64,000 nt of DNA from Gammaproteobacteria bacterium (GTDB taxonomy: Bacteria; Pseudomonadota; Gammaproteobacteria; JBCCGL01): the NCBI GenBank assembly GCA_965277715.1, contig OZ255836.1:2176001-2240000 (forward strand). The letters are read 5' to 3'. Position numbers and translations under genes: made by a program. This document shows positions 10,911 through 20,564 of this stretch, piece by piece. The notes beneath the pieces were generated by a model. It ran no database searches. It was not told where the DNA came from and saw only the letters and a program-made list of their open reading frames with translations. Position 1 is the stretch's first letter. Each line of letters begins with the position of its first letter.

Positions 10911-11831
10911 GTGAATATCCAGTGGTACCCCGGTCATATGCACAAGGCGAAAAAGGAGATCGCCAAACGGGTTGCGCAGGTGGATGTACTTATCGAGGTG
11001 CTCGATGCACGCATTCCGTTCAGCAGTGAAAACCCCATGCTGGCGGAGTTGCGCGGTGATAAGCCCTGCATCAAGGTGCTCAATAAAACCGATCTGGCTG
11101 ATGCGGCCATGACCACTTTGTGGCAGGCCCACTTTGAGCAAACTGATCATGTGAAAACGGTGGCACTGTGTGGCAGGGAAAAGCCCAGCGCCAGTACACT
11201 GGTTGCCACATGTAAAGACCTGTTACCTCACAAACTCGGCGCCATCCGGGGGATTCAAACATTGATTGCAGGCATTCCCAATGTCGGCAAATCGACCCTG
11301 ATTAATTTGCTAGCCGGTAAGTCAATTGCCAAAACGGGCAATGAGCCAGCGATTACCAAGTTGCAGCAGCGTATTGATTTACACAATGGCATTGTGTTGT
11401 TCGATACCCCCGGTGTGCTGTGGCCCAATGTCGAGAACCGCAATAGTGGTTTCCGCCTGGCGGCTACTGGGGCGATTAAAGATACTGCAATGGAATACGA
11501 AGAGGTCGCCTTGTTTGTTATCGAAGCACTAAACACACGCTACCCGGCGACATTGGCTGCGCGCTATAAGCTACCGTCAACCCCAGCGCGCAGCGTGGAT
11601 ATTCTGGAGGCAGTAGGCAGAGCGCGAGGCTGCCTGGTGCGCGGAGGGGAAGTCGATTGGCAGCGTGCGGCCAAAATTCTGGTCAATGATTTACGCACCG
11701 GATCGCTTGGGCAGTTGACACTGGAAACCCCCGAAGACAAACACAAGGAGCTGGAGGAATTGGTTATGATCCGTGCAGAAAAAGCCGAAAGGAAAGCAAA
11801 TCGAAGCGCACGGCACAAGCGGCGAAAATAG
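10911..11831 (+). CDS. ylqF: Ribosome biogenesis GTPase YlqF/RbgA (circularly permuted)
   Basis: 'IQWYPGHMHKA', G4 'NKTD' preceding G1 'GIPNVGKST', G3 'DTPG'; GTG start at 10911. Confidence 0.94.
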   Translation: MNIQWYPGHMHKAKKEIAKRVAQVDVLIEVLDARIPFSSENPMLAELRGDKPCIKVLNKTDLADAAMTTLWQAHFEQTDHVKTVALCGREKPSASTLVATCKDLLPHKLGAIRGIQTLIAGIPNVGKSTLINLLAGKSIAKTGNEPAITKLQQRIDLHNGIVLFDTPGVLWPNVENRNSGFRLAATGAIKDTAMEYEEVALFVIEALNTRYPATLAARYKLPSTPARSVDILEAVGRARGCLVRGGEVDWQRAAKILVNDLRTGSLGQLTLETPEDKHKELEELVMIRAEKAERKANRSARHKRRK

Positions 11832-11838
11832 AGGCGTT

Positions 11839-12309
11839 TTAAGAGGCCCCTGCCGCCCAATGCAACGGCGCACGCCCCTCACCTGCCAAACGAATAATGG
11901 CACAAGGAGAGGTGATGACCGCAGCGGCGATAGCCTGTGGTGCACGCAGAATCAAATCAGGTATCCAGCGGCCATTTTTCCAGTGTGCGAAAGGTGTTTG
12001 CAGCACAAACTCATACCCCGCCGATGGTCTTTGCCCCGCGTTAATCAGGTAGAACGTTCCACCCTCAAATAACGGGGGTGGAACGCTTTTTGTTGGCAGA
12101 CCAAGCGATTCTACACGGGTGGCGCTATGCCAGTCTTCGCCGTCGGTAATAGGCCGAACCGATGCCGTATCAGCCATACAATGGGCACCTTGAAAAACCA
12201 GTTCCACATTTACCGGTAACGGCGTCGCGTTGACCTGTTCAGCACTGGAGCAGGCGGCAAGCCAGCCCACACAACACAACACCAGCGAAAATATAAATCG
12301 TACTCTCAC
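11839..12309 (-). CDS. Lipoprotein with PrcB C-terminal-like domain (protease complex subunit PrcB family)
   Basis: Lipobox 'LAAC'; 'LINAGQRPSAGYEF...AAAVITSPCAIIRL' resembles the PrcB_C pattern G-x-[RK]-P-[TS]-x-GY...IT-x-P; overlaps the subtilase stop by 4 bp. Confidence 0.65.
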   Translation of the reverse strand: MRVRFIFSLVLCCVGWLAACSSAEQVNATPLPVNVELVFQGAHCMADTASVRPITDGEDWHSATRVESLGLPTKSVPPPLFEGGTFYLINAGQRPSAGYEFVLQTPFAHWKNGRWIPDLILRAPQAIAAAVITSPCAIIRLAGEGRAPLHWAAGAS

Positions 12310-15300
12310 TGACGATGCACCTGTCTTCGCCCATTTCCAGTAAGTTGCTTGACAGGGCTAGCAGCAAACACCTGAGTCGCAGTGCTAACATTGACACCGT
12401 TTAGCACGGCCGATCCAAAATTTACATCATTGCGATTACTGTTTAATGCCAGTGACTGCAATTCATTCAGCGTCGGGAAGCCGCCACAGGTTTCACCAAT
12501 ATCACAAATAAATAGATCGTTATCGACATCTGAACCCGCAACCACGCGGTAATTACCCGCAGACAGATTATTAAACTGGTAGGTATAAGTACCGTCACTG
12601 TTCACCGAACTGCGCACTTCGTCCACGGGACGGTTGCGTTCATCCAATAACAGAAAATACAAAACGCCCGTATCGCCCGTACCTGTGAGCGCGGTACCCA
12701 CCTCCACAGTGACGTCAACCGTTAGATTCACATTATTGGAGGTGGTAAAGGTGACCTGGGCATTGTGCAACCCCACAGCCAGTCCTGTACGGTTAACATT
12801 CAACCGATAGGTACCTATACCCTGCGCATTGGCGGCACTGGCATCCACTGTTAAAAACGTTGCATTGTCAGTCACGCCGGTAATGGTCGGTGGGGAATTA
12901 CCCACCTGGGATACCGTAATATTGGTCGATGTGTTAGTGCGACCAAAATCAAACCGCGAGGGACTGACCAGTATATTCCCCGGTATTGTGCCTGTGCCCC
13001 CAGCCAACTGCTGAGCTACCTGAACAGCGCTGAGGGCATTGATCAGGCCATGCCCGAATATATCATCACGGCCTGTAGCACCCAGATCGGTGGTGATACT
13101 GCCATTGGCCAAGGCGGCATCCACCTCAGCGGGTGTCAGCGACGGGTGCACAGCTTTCATCAGCGCCAGCACACCCGCCATATGGGGGGATGACATTGAT
13201 GTGCCTTGATAAAACCGATACGTATCCTGCAATGTGCCGGTTTGGCCATTCACCAGCGTACTCAGCACACCATCAGGAAAACCATTCCCGTCGGTGTCGA
13301 TCGATGTGTTACCACCCGGTGCCGCCACATCCACAGTCGTACCAAAATTCGAATAAGGGGCACGATTATTACGCAAATCTGTAGCGGCAACAGAAATCAC
13401 ACCATTATAGGAAGCCGGATATGACAATGTACTGGTATTTTCATTACCTGCCGCCGCCGCAACCAATACACCCGCAGCACGCACTTGATCAAAGGTATTC
13501 TGTTCGGTTTGGCTAAAGCCTCCCCCTCCCAGGCTGAGGTTGATAATATCGGCACGCCGTGGGGGTAGCGTATTACTGGAATTACTCAAACCTGCCGCGT
13601 AACGCACGCCCTGATCCACGTCAAAAGAGGTGCCGCCACCACTGCCCAGCGCACGAATAGGCATAATCTGTGCCCCCCAGGAAACACCGGCAACCCCAAT
13701 CGTATTGTTAGACGCCGCACCCACAGTGCCCGAAACATGCGTACCATGCCAGGAGGCCAGTGACAGGTTGCTATTGTCCCCTGGGTCATCCGGGTTGTTG
13801 TCTATACCATCACCATCGCGGGCGCTGGCCGCAGAGCTAATAAAATCGTAACCGGCAACCAGTTTTCCGGCAAAGTCCTGGTGGTTGAGCACTACGCCGG
13901 TATCCACTACCGCGACGATCACGCTACCACTGACAGGGGTGCCGGTGGTGATGTCCCAGGCCTGCGGTAAGTTGATTTGCGGGTAGTGCCATTGCAGGTT
14001 ATAGAACTGATCGTTGGGGGTCAGTAACGGGTAGCGACGATAATTGGGTTCTGCATACTCGACATCATCGCGCTGATTCAGCGTCTTGATCATATTCAGG
14101 GTTTCCATTTTTGTCCTGTTTTCCGGGCTGAGAGCCGCCGCCGACAGACCACTGATATTGAGCGGGGTGCCGCCCAGCGTTGCCAACATAGACTGCATGC
14201 CCGCTGGAGGTGCTCTCATCAGTACAGCGTCGGTGGTCTGCTCATTGCTGAAGGTGGCGATGCCCTGCCCCGTAAGCGTTTTCGCCGCGACAGGGTTGTT
14301 AAACTTTACAATGGATTCACCCGGTATAAAATCCATCGACCCACCTGCTGCAACAGGCGCTGGCGCCAGTGATTGCGAGCCGATGCTCAATACATATTTG
14401 CTCCGCCCCCTGATCGACTGTACCCGGATAGTATAACTACCACTGGCTGACACCCGTACCGATTCAAACTGAGTGTTAGTGCTCGATTGCGCTACAACAT
14501 TGCCGGCGCTGTTAAACAGTGTTAAGTCAATATCCACGCTCGTGCTGTTTGCTGCATTGAAGTCCACCACCCGCAATGAGACAAACTGCCCGGCTAACAA
14601 AGTAGCCGTATAATAATCGTTGATATCTGACTGTGATCGAAACCGGTCATCGGCACGGGAGGTTGCAAAGCGGGTAACATAGCCATTGAGCTGTAGAGGT
14701 GCAGGCACCGACTGTGCGGTAGCCATTGTATTATTTGCCACCAGTGTGGCAAACGGATCATTAACATCGCCATCGACTGCGGTATTTACCGCCGCTGTTA
14801 CCGTCCCACCCAACGAGAAACCACTGCTTTGAGGGGGATTTACAGTGATACTGACGCTATCGCTGGCACTCGCCTGCTGGTTATCGGTTACTGTAAGCTG
14901 AAAATTCAGAACAGTAGGCGTGGTCACCATCGGTGCGGTAAAACCGGCACTGCCGGATGCGGGATTGCTGCTTAGCGTCACACTGTCGCCACTGAGCTGT
15001 GACCATTGATAACTGGTGATAACGCCATCGCTATCGCTACTGGCGGTACCATTGAGGGTAACGGTAATCGGCCCGTTAACCGATTGATCTTCGCCGGCAT
15101 TAGCCGTAGGGGGAGTATTGGATGGGTTGACAATAACATTCACACTGTCGGTCGCTGTCCCCCCTTCATTATCGGTAACCGTCAATTGGAAGCTCAGGGT
15201 GGTCGGAGTGGTAATCGTCAATGCTGTTGGGGCAAAGCTGGGGCTGATCGTACCGGCGTTAGTCAGCGTCACACTACTGCCACTGGTTTGTACCCACGCA

Positions 15301-16550
15301 TAACCAGATGCCGGAATCGAACCATCCCCATCACTACTGGCCACTCCTGTCAGGGTGACGCTCTGTGTTTGCACGTTAGTTGTCTGGTCAGGCCCCGCAT
15401 TAGCAATTGGGTTTGCATTCACCGGGTTGACCGTGATACTCACACTGTCGGTGGCGGTTCCACCCTCGTTATCGGTGACCGTCAATTGCACAGTCAATGT
15501 TGTGGCAGTACTCAATGTTGGCGCAACAAAGCTGGGCGTGGCAGTGTTTGCATTGGCTATAACCACACCACTATTGGTCGTTTCTGTCCACTGGTAACGG
15601 CTAACCTGGCCATCACTGTCACTGCTGCCTGCCCCCGTTAAGGCAACCCTGACACCTTCATTGACCACTTGATCAGGCCCGGCATTGGCAGTGGGAGACG
15701 CATTCACAGGGTTGACCGTGATACTGACACTGTCTGTATTAGTGGCACCGGCATTATCAGTTACCGTCAGTTGAAAAGTCAGTGTCGTGGCTGCGGTTAA
15801 CGTCGGCGCGGTAAAACTGGGGGTGGCCGTATTGGCGTTGCTTAGCTGGGCACCATTACTCGTGGTTTCCACCCAGGCGTAGCTGGCGATGGTGCCATCA
15901 CTATCGGTACTATTGGCACCTGACAGGGTAACGGTGGTTTGCTCATCGACAACCTGGTCGGGTCCGGCACTGGCGACTGGCGTATCGGTGTTGATAAAAC
16001 TGATATTCATCGCTTGCAACTGCACCGCAAGGTGGGCGCGGGCGTCTGATTCAGTGGTCAATGTGGCGCTGACACTCGCCAGTAGATTGATGATATTGGT
16101 GTCCGCGCTGAAAGCCGCTGGCGATTGATCCAGATTGATCGTGGGGTTAGTGCCCGCCAGAGACCCCGGTAGCATAATAGTGTCATTCGTGGCATTGGTA
16201 TTCAGTGACAATAACAAGCGCGCCAGATTAACCACCCGACGATCGGCAACATTGGTGGTGTTAAAGAGATCCAATAAGGTGATTATCGCCTGCCCCGGAT
16301 TGTTACCAAGGGTTGTACCACCGATCATAAAGGTGACCATATCCCCAGTCTGGTAGGTAAACTCCCCACTGGCATTGGTTATACCGGTTGTGCCAGAGCT
16401 GGTCATATATTCCAAACCGCCAACAGGGCTGTCGATAATCACGCCCGTTGCCGTTGTCGATGTCGATGAACCACCGCCACCACAGGCACTGAGCAGCACA
16501 ACAGAAATCAATACAATAAACAACTGACGATAATCATTAACGGTACGCAT
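12306..16550 (-). CDS. Large lipoprotein subtilase (S8 serine peptidase) with 4 PKD/K319-like Ig repeats, PPC-like and C-terminal beta domains
   Basis: Lipobox 'LLSAC-GGGG'; catalytic 'VAVVDTG', 'HGTHVSG', 'GTSMSSPH'; oxyanion 'AAAGNE'; prodomain end 'VEYAEPNY'. Confidence 0.93.
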   Translation of the reverse strand: MRTVNDYRQLFIVLISVVLLSACGGGGSSTSTTATGVIIDSPVGGLEYMTSSGTTGITNASGEFTYQTGDMVTFMIGGTTLGNNPGQAIITLLDLFNTTNVADRRVVNLARLLLSLNTNATNDTIMLPGSLAGTNPTINLDQSPAAFSADTNIINLLASVSATLTTESDARAHLAVQLQAMNISFINTDTPVASAGPDQVVDEQTTVTLSGANSTDSDGTIASYAWVETTSNGAQLSNANTATPSFTAPTLTAATTLTFQLTVTDNAGATNTDSVSITVNPVNASPTANAGPDQVVNEGVRVALTGAGSSDSDGQVSRYQWTETTNSGVVIANANTATPSFVAPTLSTATTLTVQLTVTDNEGGTATDSVSITVNPVNANPIANAGPDQTTNVQTQSVTLTGVASSDGDGSIPASGYAWVQTSGSSVTLTNAGTISPSFAPTALTITTPTTLSFQLTVTDNEGGTATDSVNVIVNPSNTPPTANAGEDQSVNGPITVTLNGTASSDSDGVITSYQWSQLSGDSVTLSSNPASGSAGFTAPMVTTPTVLNFQLTVTDNQQASASDSVSITVNPPQSSGFSLGGTVTAAVNTAVDGDVNDPFATLVANNTMATAQSVPAPLQLNGYVTRFATSRADDRFRSQSDINDYYTATLLAGQFVSLRVVDFNAANSTSVDIDLTLFNSAGNVVAQSSTNTQFESVRVSASGSYTIRVQSIRGRSKYVLSIGSQSLAPAPVAAGGSMDFIPGESIVKFNNPVAAKTLTGQGIATFSNEQTTDAVLMRAPPAGMQSMLATLGGTPLNISGLSAAALSPENRTKMETLNMIKTLNQRDDVEYAEPNYRRYPLLTPNDQFYNLQWHYPQINLPQAWDITTGTPVSGSVIVAVVDTGVVLNHQDFAGKLVAGYDFISSAASARDGDGIDNNPDDPGDNSNLSLASWHGTHVSGTVGAASNNTIGVAGVSWGAQIMPIRALGSGGGTSFDVDQGVRYAAGLSNSSNTLPPRRADIINLSLGGGGFSQTEQNTFDQVRAAGVLVAAAAGNENTSTLSYPASYNGVISVAATDLRNNRAPYSNFGTTVDVAAPGGNTSIDTDGNGFPDGVLSTLVNGQTGTLQDTYRFYQGTSMSSPHMAGVLALMKAVHPSLTPAEVDAALANGSITTDLGATGRDDIFGHGLINALSAVQVAQQLAGGTGTIPGNILVSPSRFDFGRTNTSTNITVSQVGNSPPTITGVTDNATFLTVDASAANAQGIGTYRLNVNRTGLAVGLHNAQVTFTTSNNVNLTVDVTVEVGTALTGTGDTGVLYFLLLDERNRPVDEVRSSVNSDGTYTYQFNNLSAGNYRVVAGSDVDNDLFICDIGETCGGFPTLNELQSLALNSNRNDVNFGSAVLNGVNVSTATQVFAASPVKQLTGNGRRQVHRQ
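14835..15980 (-). repeat. Four tandem ~95-aa PKD/K319-like domains within the subtilase gene
   Basis: Repeated 'P.A.AG.DQ.V...V.L.G..S.D.DG.I..Y.W......F.AP......L.FQLTVTDN.G....DSV.ITVNP'; boundaries approximate. Confidence 0.85.
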
Positions 16551-16671
16551 GGCATTTTCCTGTGGTGTATTTCATTTATTCTGCAAATCACAAAACACCG
16601 TGATGTGACTGCAAGTGTTTATATTCTCAAGTGTTTATACTTTAAATCACAATAAGCTATTTAATCAAACG

Positions 16672-17103
16672 CTATAAGGGATCGGCGGCGAGCGGTTCAT
16701 CCGGTACCCAGACATAACCATCCGGGTCGACCAGGTACACTTCCCGCACTCCATGCGGTTTATCGCTGGCACCATCGAGCACTGTATAGCCGTATTTTCG
16801 CGCCGAGGCTTCAGCACTGTCTGGGTTACAGTGGTGCAAACGCAACTCCACACCACCGCCACGCACCGGTAAATCATCGACAGCCCCACGTAGTGGGTGG
16901 CGGGAATAAGTGCTGTCGGCGTGCAGCATCCAACTGGCACCAAAGCCCTGCATGGCGGCGAACTCACTGTCGCTATACACGACTTCAGCACCCAGTACCT
17001 CACATTGAAAATGCAGACTGGCATCGATATCTTTAACCAACAGATTAATACTCAAGCCCGTCAATGCGCGGCCATACGCCATAGCATCAGGCTTCTCACT
17101 CAT
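16672..17103 (-). CDS. VOC/glyoxalase family protein
   Basis: 'INLLVKDIDASLHF', 'DKPHGVREVYLVDPDGYVW'. Confidence 0.85.
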   Translation of the reverse strand: MSEKPDAMAYGRALTGLSINLLVKDIDASLHFQCEVLGAEVVYSDSEFAAMQGFGASWMLHADSTYSRHPLRGAVDDLPVRGGGVELRLHHCNPDSAEASARKYGYTVLDGASDKPHGVREVYLVDPDGYVWVPDEPLAADPL

Positions 17104-17282
17104 GGCCACCACCCCATAATTTCACTTCGTTACCGAACCACTGGTTATAGAGCGCACCAAATACTGGAAGGTTCACTATCACTGTGCAACTTCCAGATAC
17201 TGTGAACTATGTCCTATATTTTTTTAACTTATCGAAACAATGAACGCAACACACGCCAGGGGTTTCTAAACACCCCCTCAAA

Positions 17283-17350
17283 GAATCTATTGAATCTATC
17301 GGGAATCTATCGGAGACGGGCACTTCCTACTTCTTTCTACTTTCTATGCC
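17283..17350 (+). repeat. Short stutter repeats (GAATCTAT / GAATCTATCGG / GAATCTATCGGAGACGGGCAC, then TTCCTAC/TTTCTAC iterations)
   Basis: Directly visible in the intergenic region between the VOC and RND genes. Confidence 0.75.
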
Positions 17351-17387
17351 CCGGCAATTTAAGGCATAAATGGCAATTCCATTGATA

Positions 17388-20300
17388 TTATTCAGAAATA
17401 TCACTTTTATGCCGCGCCGGATAAACCATCCGAAACAAGCGCTGAATATCTTCCATAATCAAGTAATTGGCAGGCACCAATACAAGCGTAATCAGCGTGG
17501 CAAATAAAATACCAAACCCCAGTGATACCGCCATCGGGATTAAAAACTGCGCCTGGGTGCTTTTGTCAAACAACAGCGGCATCAAGCCTGCAAACGTGGT
17601 CAGCGAGGTCAATATAATCGCCCGGAACCGCGCCACACCGGCATTGCGCACAGCGTCCATCATATCGATGCCTTTTGCACGCTGGCGGTTGATGTAGTCG
17701 ACCAGCACCAGGCTGTCGTTAACCACGATGCCACTCAGGGCGAGTATGCCCAGCAGGCTGGTAATCGAAAGCGCCATGCCCATCAGCAGGTGCCCCAGAA
17801 TTGCACCAATTAAGCTAAAGGGGATGATGGTCATCACCACCAGGGGTTGTAAGTAAGAGCGAAACGGAATCGCCAGCAAGGCGTAGATAACACACAACAC
17901 ACCGGCAACCCCGGTAAAGATTGTTGTCAGGGTTTCGCGCTGTTCTTTAGCTTCGCCCTCCAATGACCAGGCAATCTGGGGGTGTGCAGACACCAGCTCC
18001 GCCAGGAATGTATTGAGGTCACGCTTAATGGCGTCTATATCGGCGGTGTCTTTGTTGGCATCGGCGGTCACGTTGAGCGTGCGCTTGCGGTCGATGCGGT
18101 AGAGCACCGATGGCCCGCGTGCACTGCTGATACGCGCCACTTCGGTAAACGGCACTTCGGTGCCATCGGCGCTGCGGATCATCATGTTTTCCAGGTTACT
18201 CAGTGAGCGCCGCTGCCCGGCGGGGTAGCGCAACATGACTTTGACTTCATCCCGCTCGCGTTGCAGGCGCTGTATTTCATAACCAAAGAACGCCTGGCGC
18301 ACTTGTACCGCCAAATCGTCGAGCTGGATACCGAGCAGGCTGGCCTGCGGGCGCAACACTAATTCGACCTCTTGTTTGCCGCTGCTAAAGCTGTCGGCGA
18401 TATCAAACAGGTCTGGGTAGGTTTTCAGTTGTTCGCGGGTTTTCTTTGCCAGCGCTGCCATCAGCGCCATGTCGCTACCGGTAAACTGGATATCGATAGG
18501 GTCGCCACCACGGCCAATTTCAGCGCGGTAATTGAGTGATTCAGCACCGGGTATCGGCCCAATAAGGCGCCGCCATTCACGTACCAGCTCCGCGCTGGTT
18601 ATCGTCGAGCTACGGTGTTCCGGGGCAACGATTTCAAACACCACCCGGCCACGGTTCGAGGCGCCCGCCCCAGTACCACCGCCCGAACCACTGGTAGAGA
18701 GAATATCGCGGATAACACTCTCGCCACTTTCAGGGTCGCTATGCCGTTGACGCAATTCTATGGCCGCCAGGGTCATGCGCTGGATGTGCCCATCGGTCAC
18801 CTCAAACGGTGTACCAGCGGGCATAATCAACGAGGCCCGGGCTGTTTCACTCTGCACCCTGGGGAAGAAGACAAACCGCATCCAACCACTGACAACCAGG
18901 CTCACTGTAATAGCCAGCACGGCGATAAACACCGCGACTGTCGTGTAGCGATGGCGAATACAGACGCCCAATACGGGTTGATAGACGGTCGCTACCAGCC
19001 GTTCAAAACCATCGGCGATACTCTCTTGCAGGCGGCTTAGCCAGTTTTGTCGCTGTGAGGCGGTGCGTGGGGTGGTGTATTTGAGGTGCGCGGGCAGCAC
19101 CAGCTTGGATTCGATGAGTGAAAACAGTAACACCGGGATGACAACTGCGGGGATTTGCGCCCACACGGCACCCCGGTATCCCCCGACCAATGCCAGCGGC
19201 ACAAACGCCACCGCCGTGGTCAGCACGCCAAAGGTGACGGGCACGGCCACTTCGCGGGTGCCTTCAATCGCGGCCTGCAGTGAGGGCACACCCCGCCGCA
19301 TATGGGTGTAAATGTTTTCCCCGGTGACGATGGCATCGTCGACAACAATCCCCAGGACGACGATAAATGCGAACAGTGACACCAGGTTCATGCTGACACC
19401 GAGTAACGCCAATATCATAAAGCTGCCGAGGAAGGAGATAGGAATGCCCAGCGTGACCCAGAACGCCACCGAAGGGCGCAGAAATAAGGTCAGCAGCAAG
19501 ACCACTAAAAACCCGCCCTGCAGGGCATTGCTGAGCAGGGTGCTCAGGCGCGCCTTGACAATTTTTGAGCGGTCGCGCCAGTATTTCATCTCGACGCGCT
19601 GGGGCAGCCACTGCACTGCATCGACATAGTCGCGCACCGCTGCGGCCACTTCGATGGCGCTTTGCTGGCCAACGCGGTAAACCTCTAAAATGACGGCGGG
19701 CTGACCGTTAAACTGGGTGTTGATCGGCGCCTCATCAAAGGTATCGCGCACGTTGGCGATATCACCGAGCCGCAGTTGCGTGCCGTCTTCACCGCTGAGT
19801 ATGACGATTTGCTCAAACGCCTCGCTGTCATAGGCCTGCCCACGGGTGCGCAACAGCAACTCACCTCCGGCCGTGCGCAGGTTGCCCGCCGAGACATTCA
19901 GTGAACCCCTGCGCACGGCATTGGCCACCTGCTCCATGCTCAGGGCGTATTCGCGCAGGCTGCGCTCGGAGATTTCGATGGCTATTTCCAGTGGCCGCAC
20001 CGCTTCCAGATCGACCTGGGTAACGATTGGCAGGGCGAGCAGATCGTCGCGCACCCGCTCACCCAGTTGGCGCAGCTCCCGTTCACTGAGCGGGCCAGCG
20101 ACCACAACACTAATGACTTCCCGGCGACTGACAAACTGCGTCAGAACGGGGCGCTCAACATCACCGGGAAACGTGTTGATGGCATCGATACGGGTGCGCA
20201 ATGTGTCCAGCACTCTGCGTGAGTCCTGACCACTGGCTATGTCGATGGTAATACTGCTGCTGTTCTCCAGCGAGCGCGAGCGGATTTCTTCAATACCATC

Positions 20301-20519
20301 GACATCCTGAATCGCCTCTTCGATACGGATAGTGATCGATTCCTCCACCTCCTCGGGGGTTGCACCGGGGTAGACTGTATTAACCGAGATGCTGTCCAGC
20401 TCGACGCTGGGAAAGACTTCCAATGGGGTGCGCTGCAACATCGACCAGGTGCCGATGCTGAGAATGCCAAGCATCAGTAAATTGGCCGCGACGTGATTGC
20501 GGGCGAACCATTCGATCAC
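17388..20519 (-). CDS. RND efflux transporter permease subunit (AcrB/AcrD/AcrF family)
   Basis: 1043 aa; 'WFARNHVAANLLM', TM4 'GIVVDDAIVTGENI', 'RFRAIILTSLTT', two large periplasmic loops. Confidence 0.95.
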   Translation of the reverse strand: MIEWFARNHVAANLLMLGILSIGTWSMLQRTPLEVFPSVELDSISVNTVYPGATPEEVEESITIRIEEAIQDVDGIEEIRSRSLENSSSITIDIASGQDSRRVLDTLRTRIDAINTFPGDVERPVLTQFVSRREVISVVVAGPLSERELRQLGERVRDDLLALPIVTQVDLEAVRPLEIAIEISERSLREYALSMEQVANAVRRGSLNVSAGNLRTAGGELLLRTRGQAYDSEAFEQIVILSGEDGTQLRLGDIANVRDTFDEAPINTQFNGQPAVILEVYRVGQQSAIEVAAAVRDYVDAVQWLPQRVEMKYWRDRSKIVKARLSTLLSNALQGGFLVVLLLTLFLRPSVAFWVTLGIPISFLGSFMILALLGVSMNLVSLFAFIVVLGIVVDDAIVTGENIYTHMRRGVPSLQAAIEGTREVAVPVTFGVLTTAVAFVPLALVGGYRGAVWAQIPAVVIPVLLFSLIESKLVLPAHLKYTTPRTASQRQNWLSRLQESIADGFERLVATVYQPVLGVCIRHRYTTVAVFIAVLAITVSLVVSGWMRFVFFPRVQSETARASLIMPAGTPFEVTDGHIQRMTLAAIELRQRHSDPESGESVIRDILSTSGSGGGTGAGASNRGRVVFEIVAPEHRSSTITSAELVREWRRLIGPIPGAESLNYRAEIGRGGDPIDIQFTGSDMALMAALAKKTREQLKTYPDLFDIADSFSSGKQEVELVLRPQASLLGIQLDDLAVQVRQAFFGYEIQRLQRERDEVKVMLRYPAGQRRSLSNLENMMIRSADGTEVPFTEVARISSARGPSVLYRIDRKRTLNVTADANKDTADIDAIKRDLNTFLAELVSAHPQIAWSLEGEAKEQRETLTTIFTGVAGVLCVIYALLAIPFRSYLQPLVVMTIIPFSLIGAILGHLLMGMALSITSLLGILALSGIVVNDSLVLVDYINRQRAKGIDMMDAVRNAGVARFRAIILTSLTTFAGLMPLLFDKSTQAQFLIPMAVSLGFGILFATLITLVLVPANYLIMEDIQRLFRMVYPARHKSDISE

Positions 20520-20564
20520 GGTCGGTAGCCTGTCAGGTGTTGCAGCATATTAGTGCGCCACACC

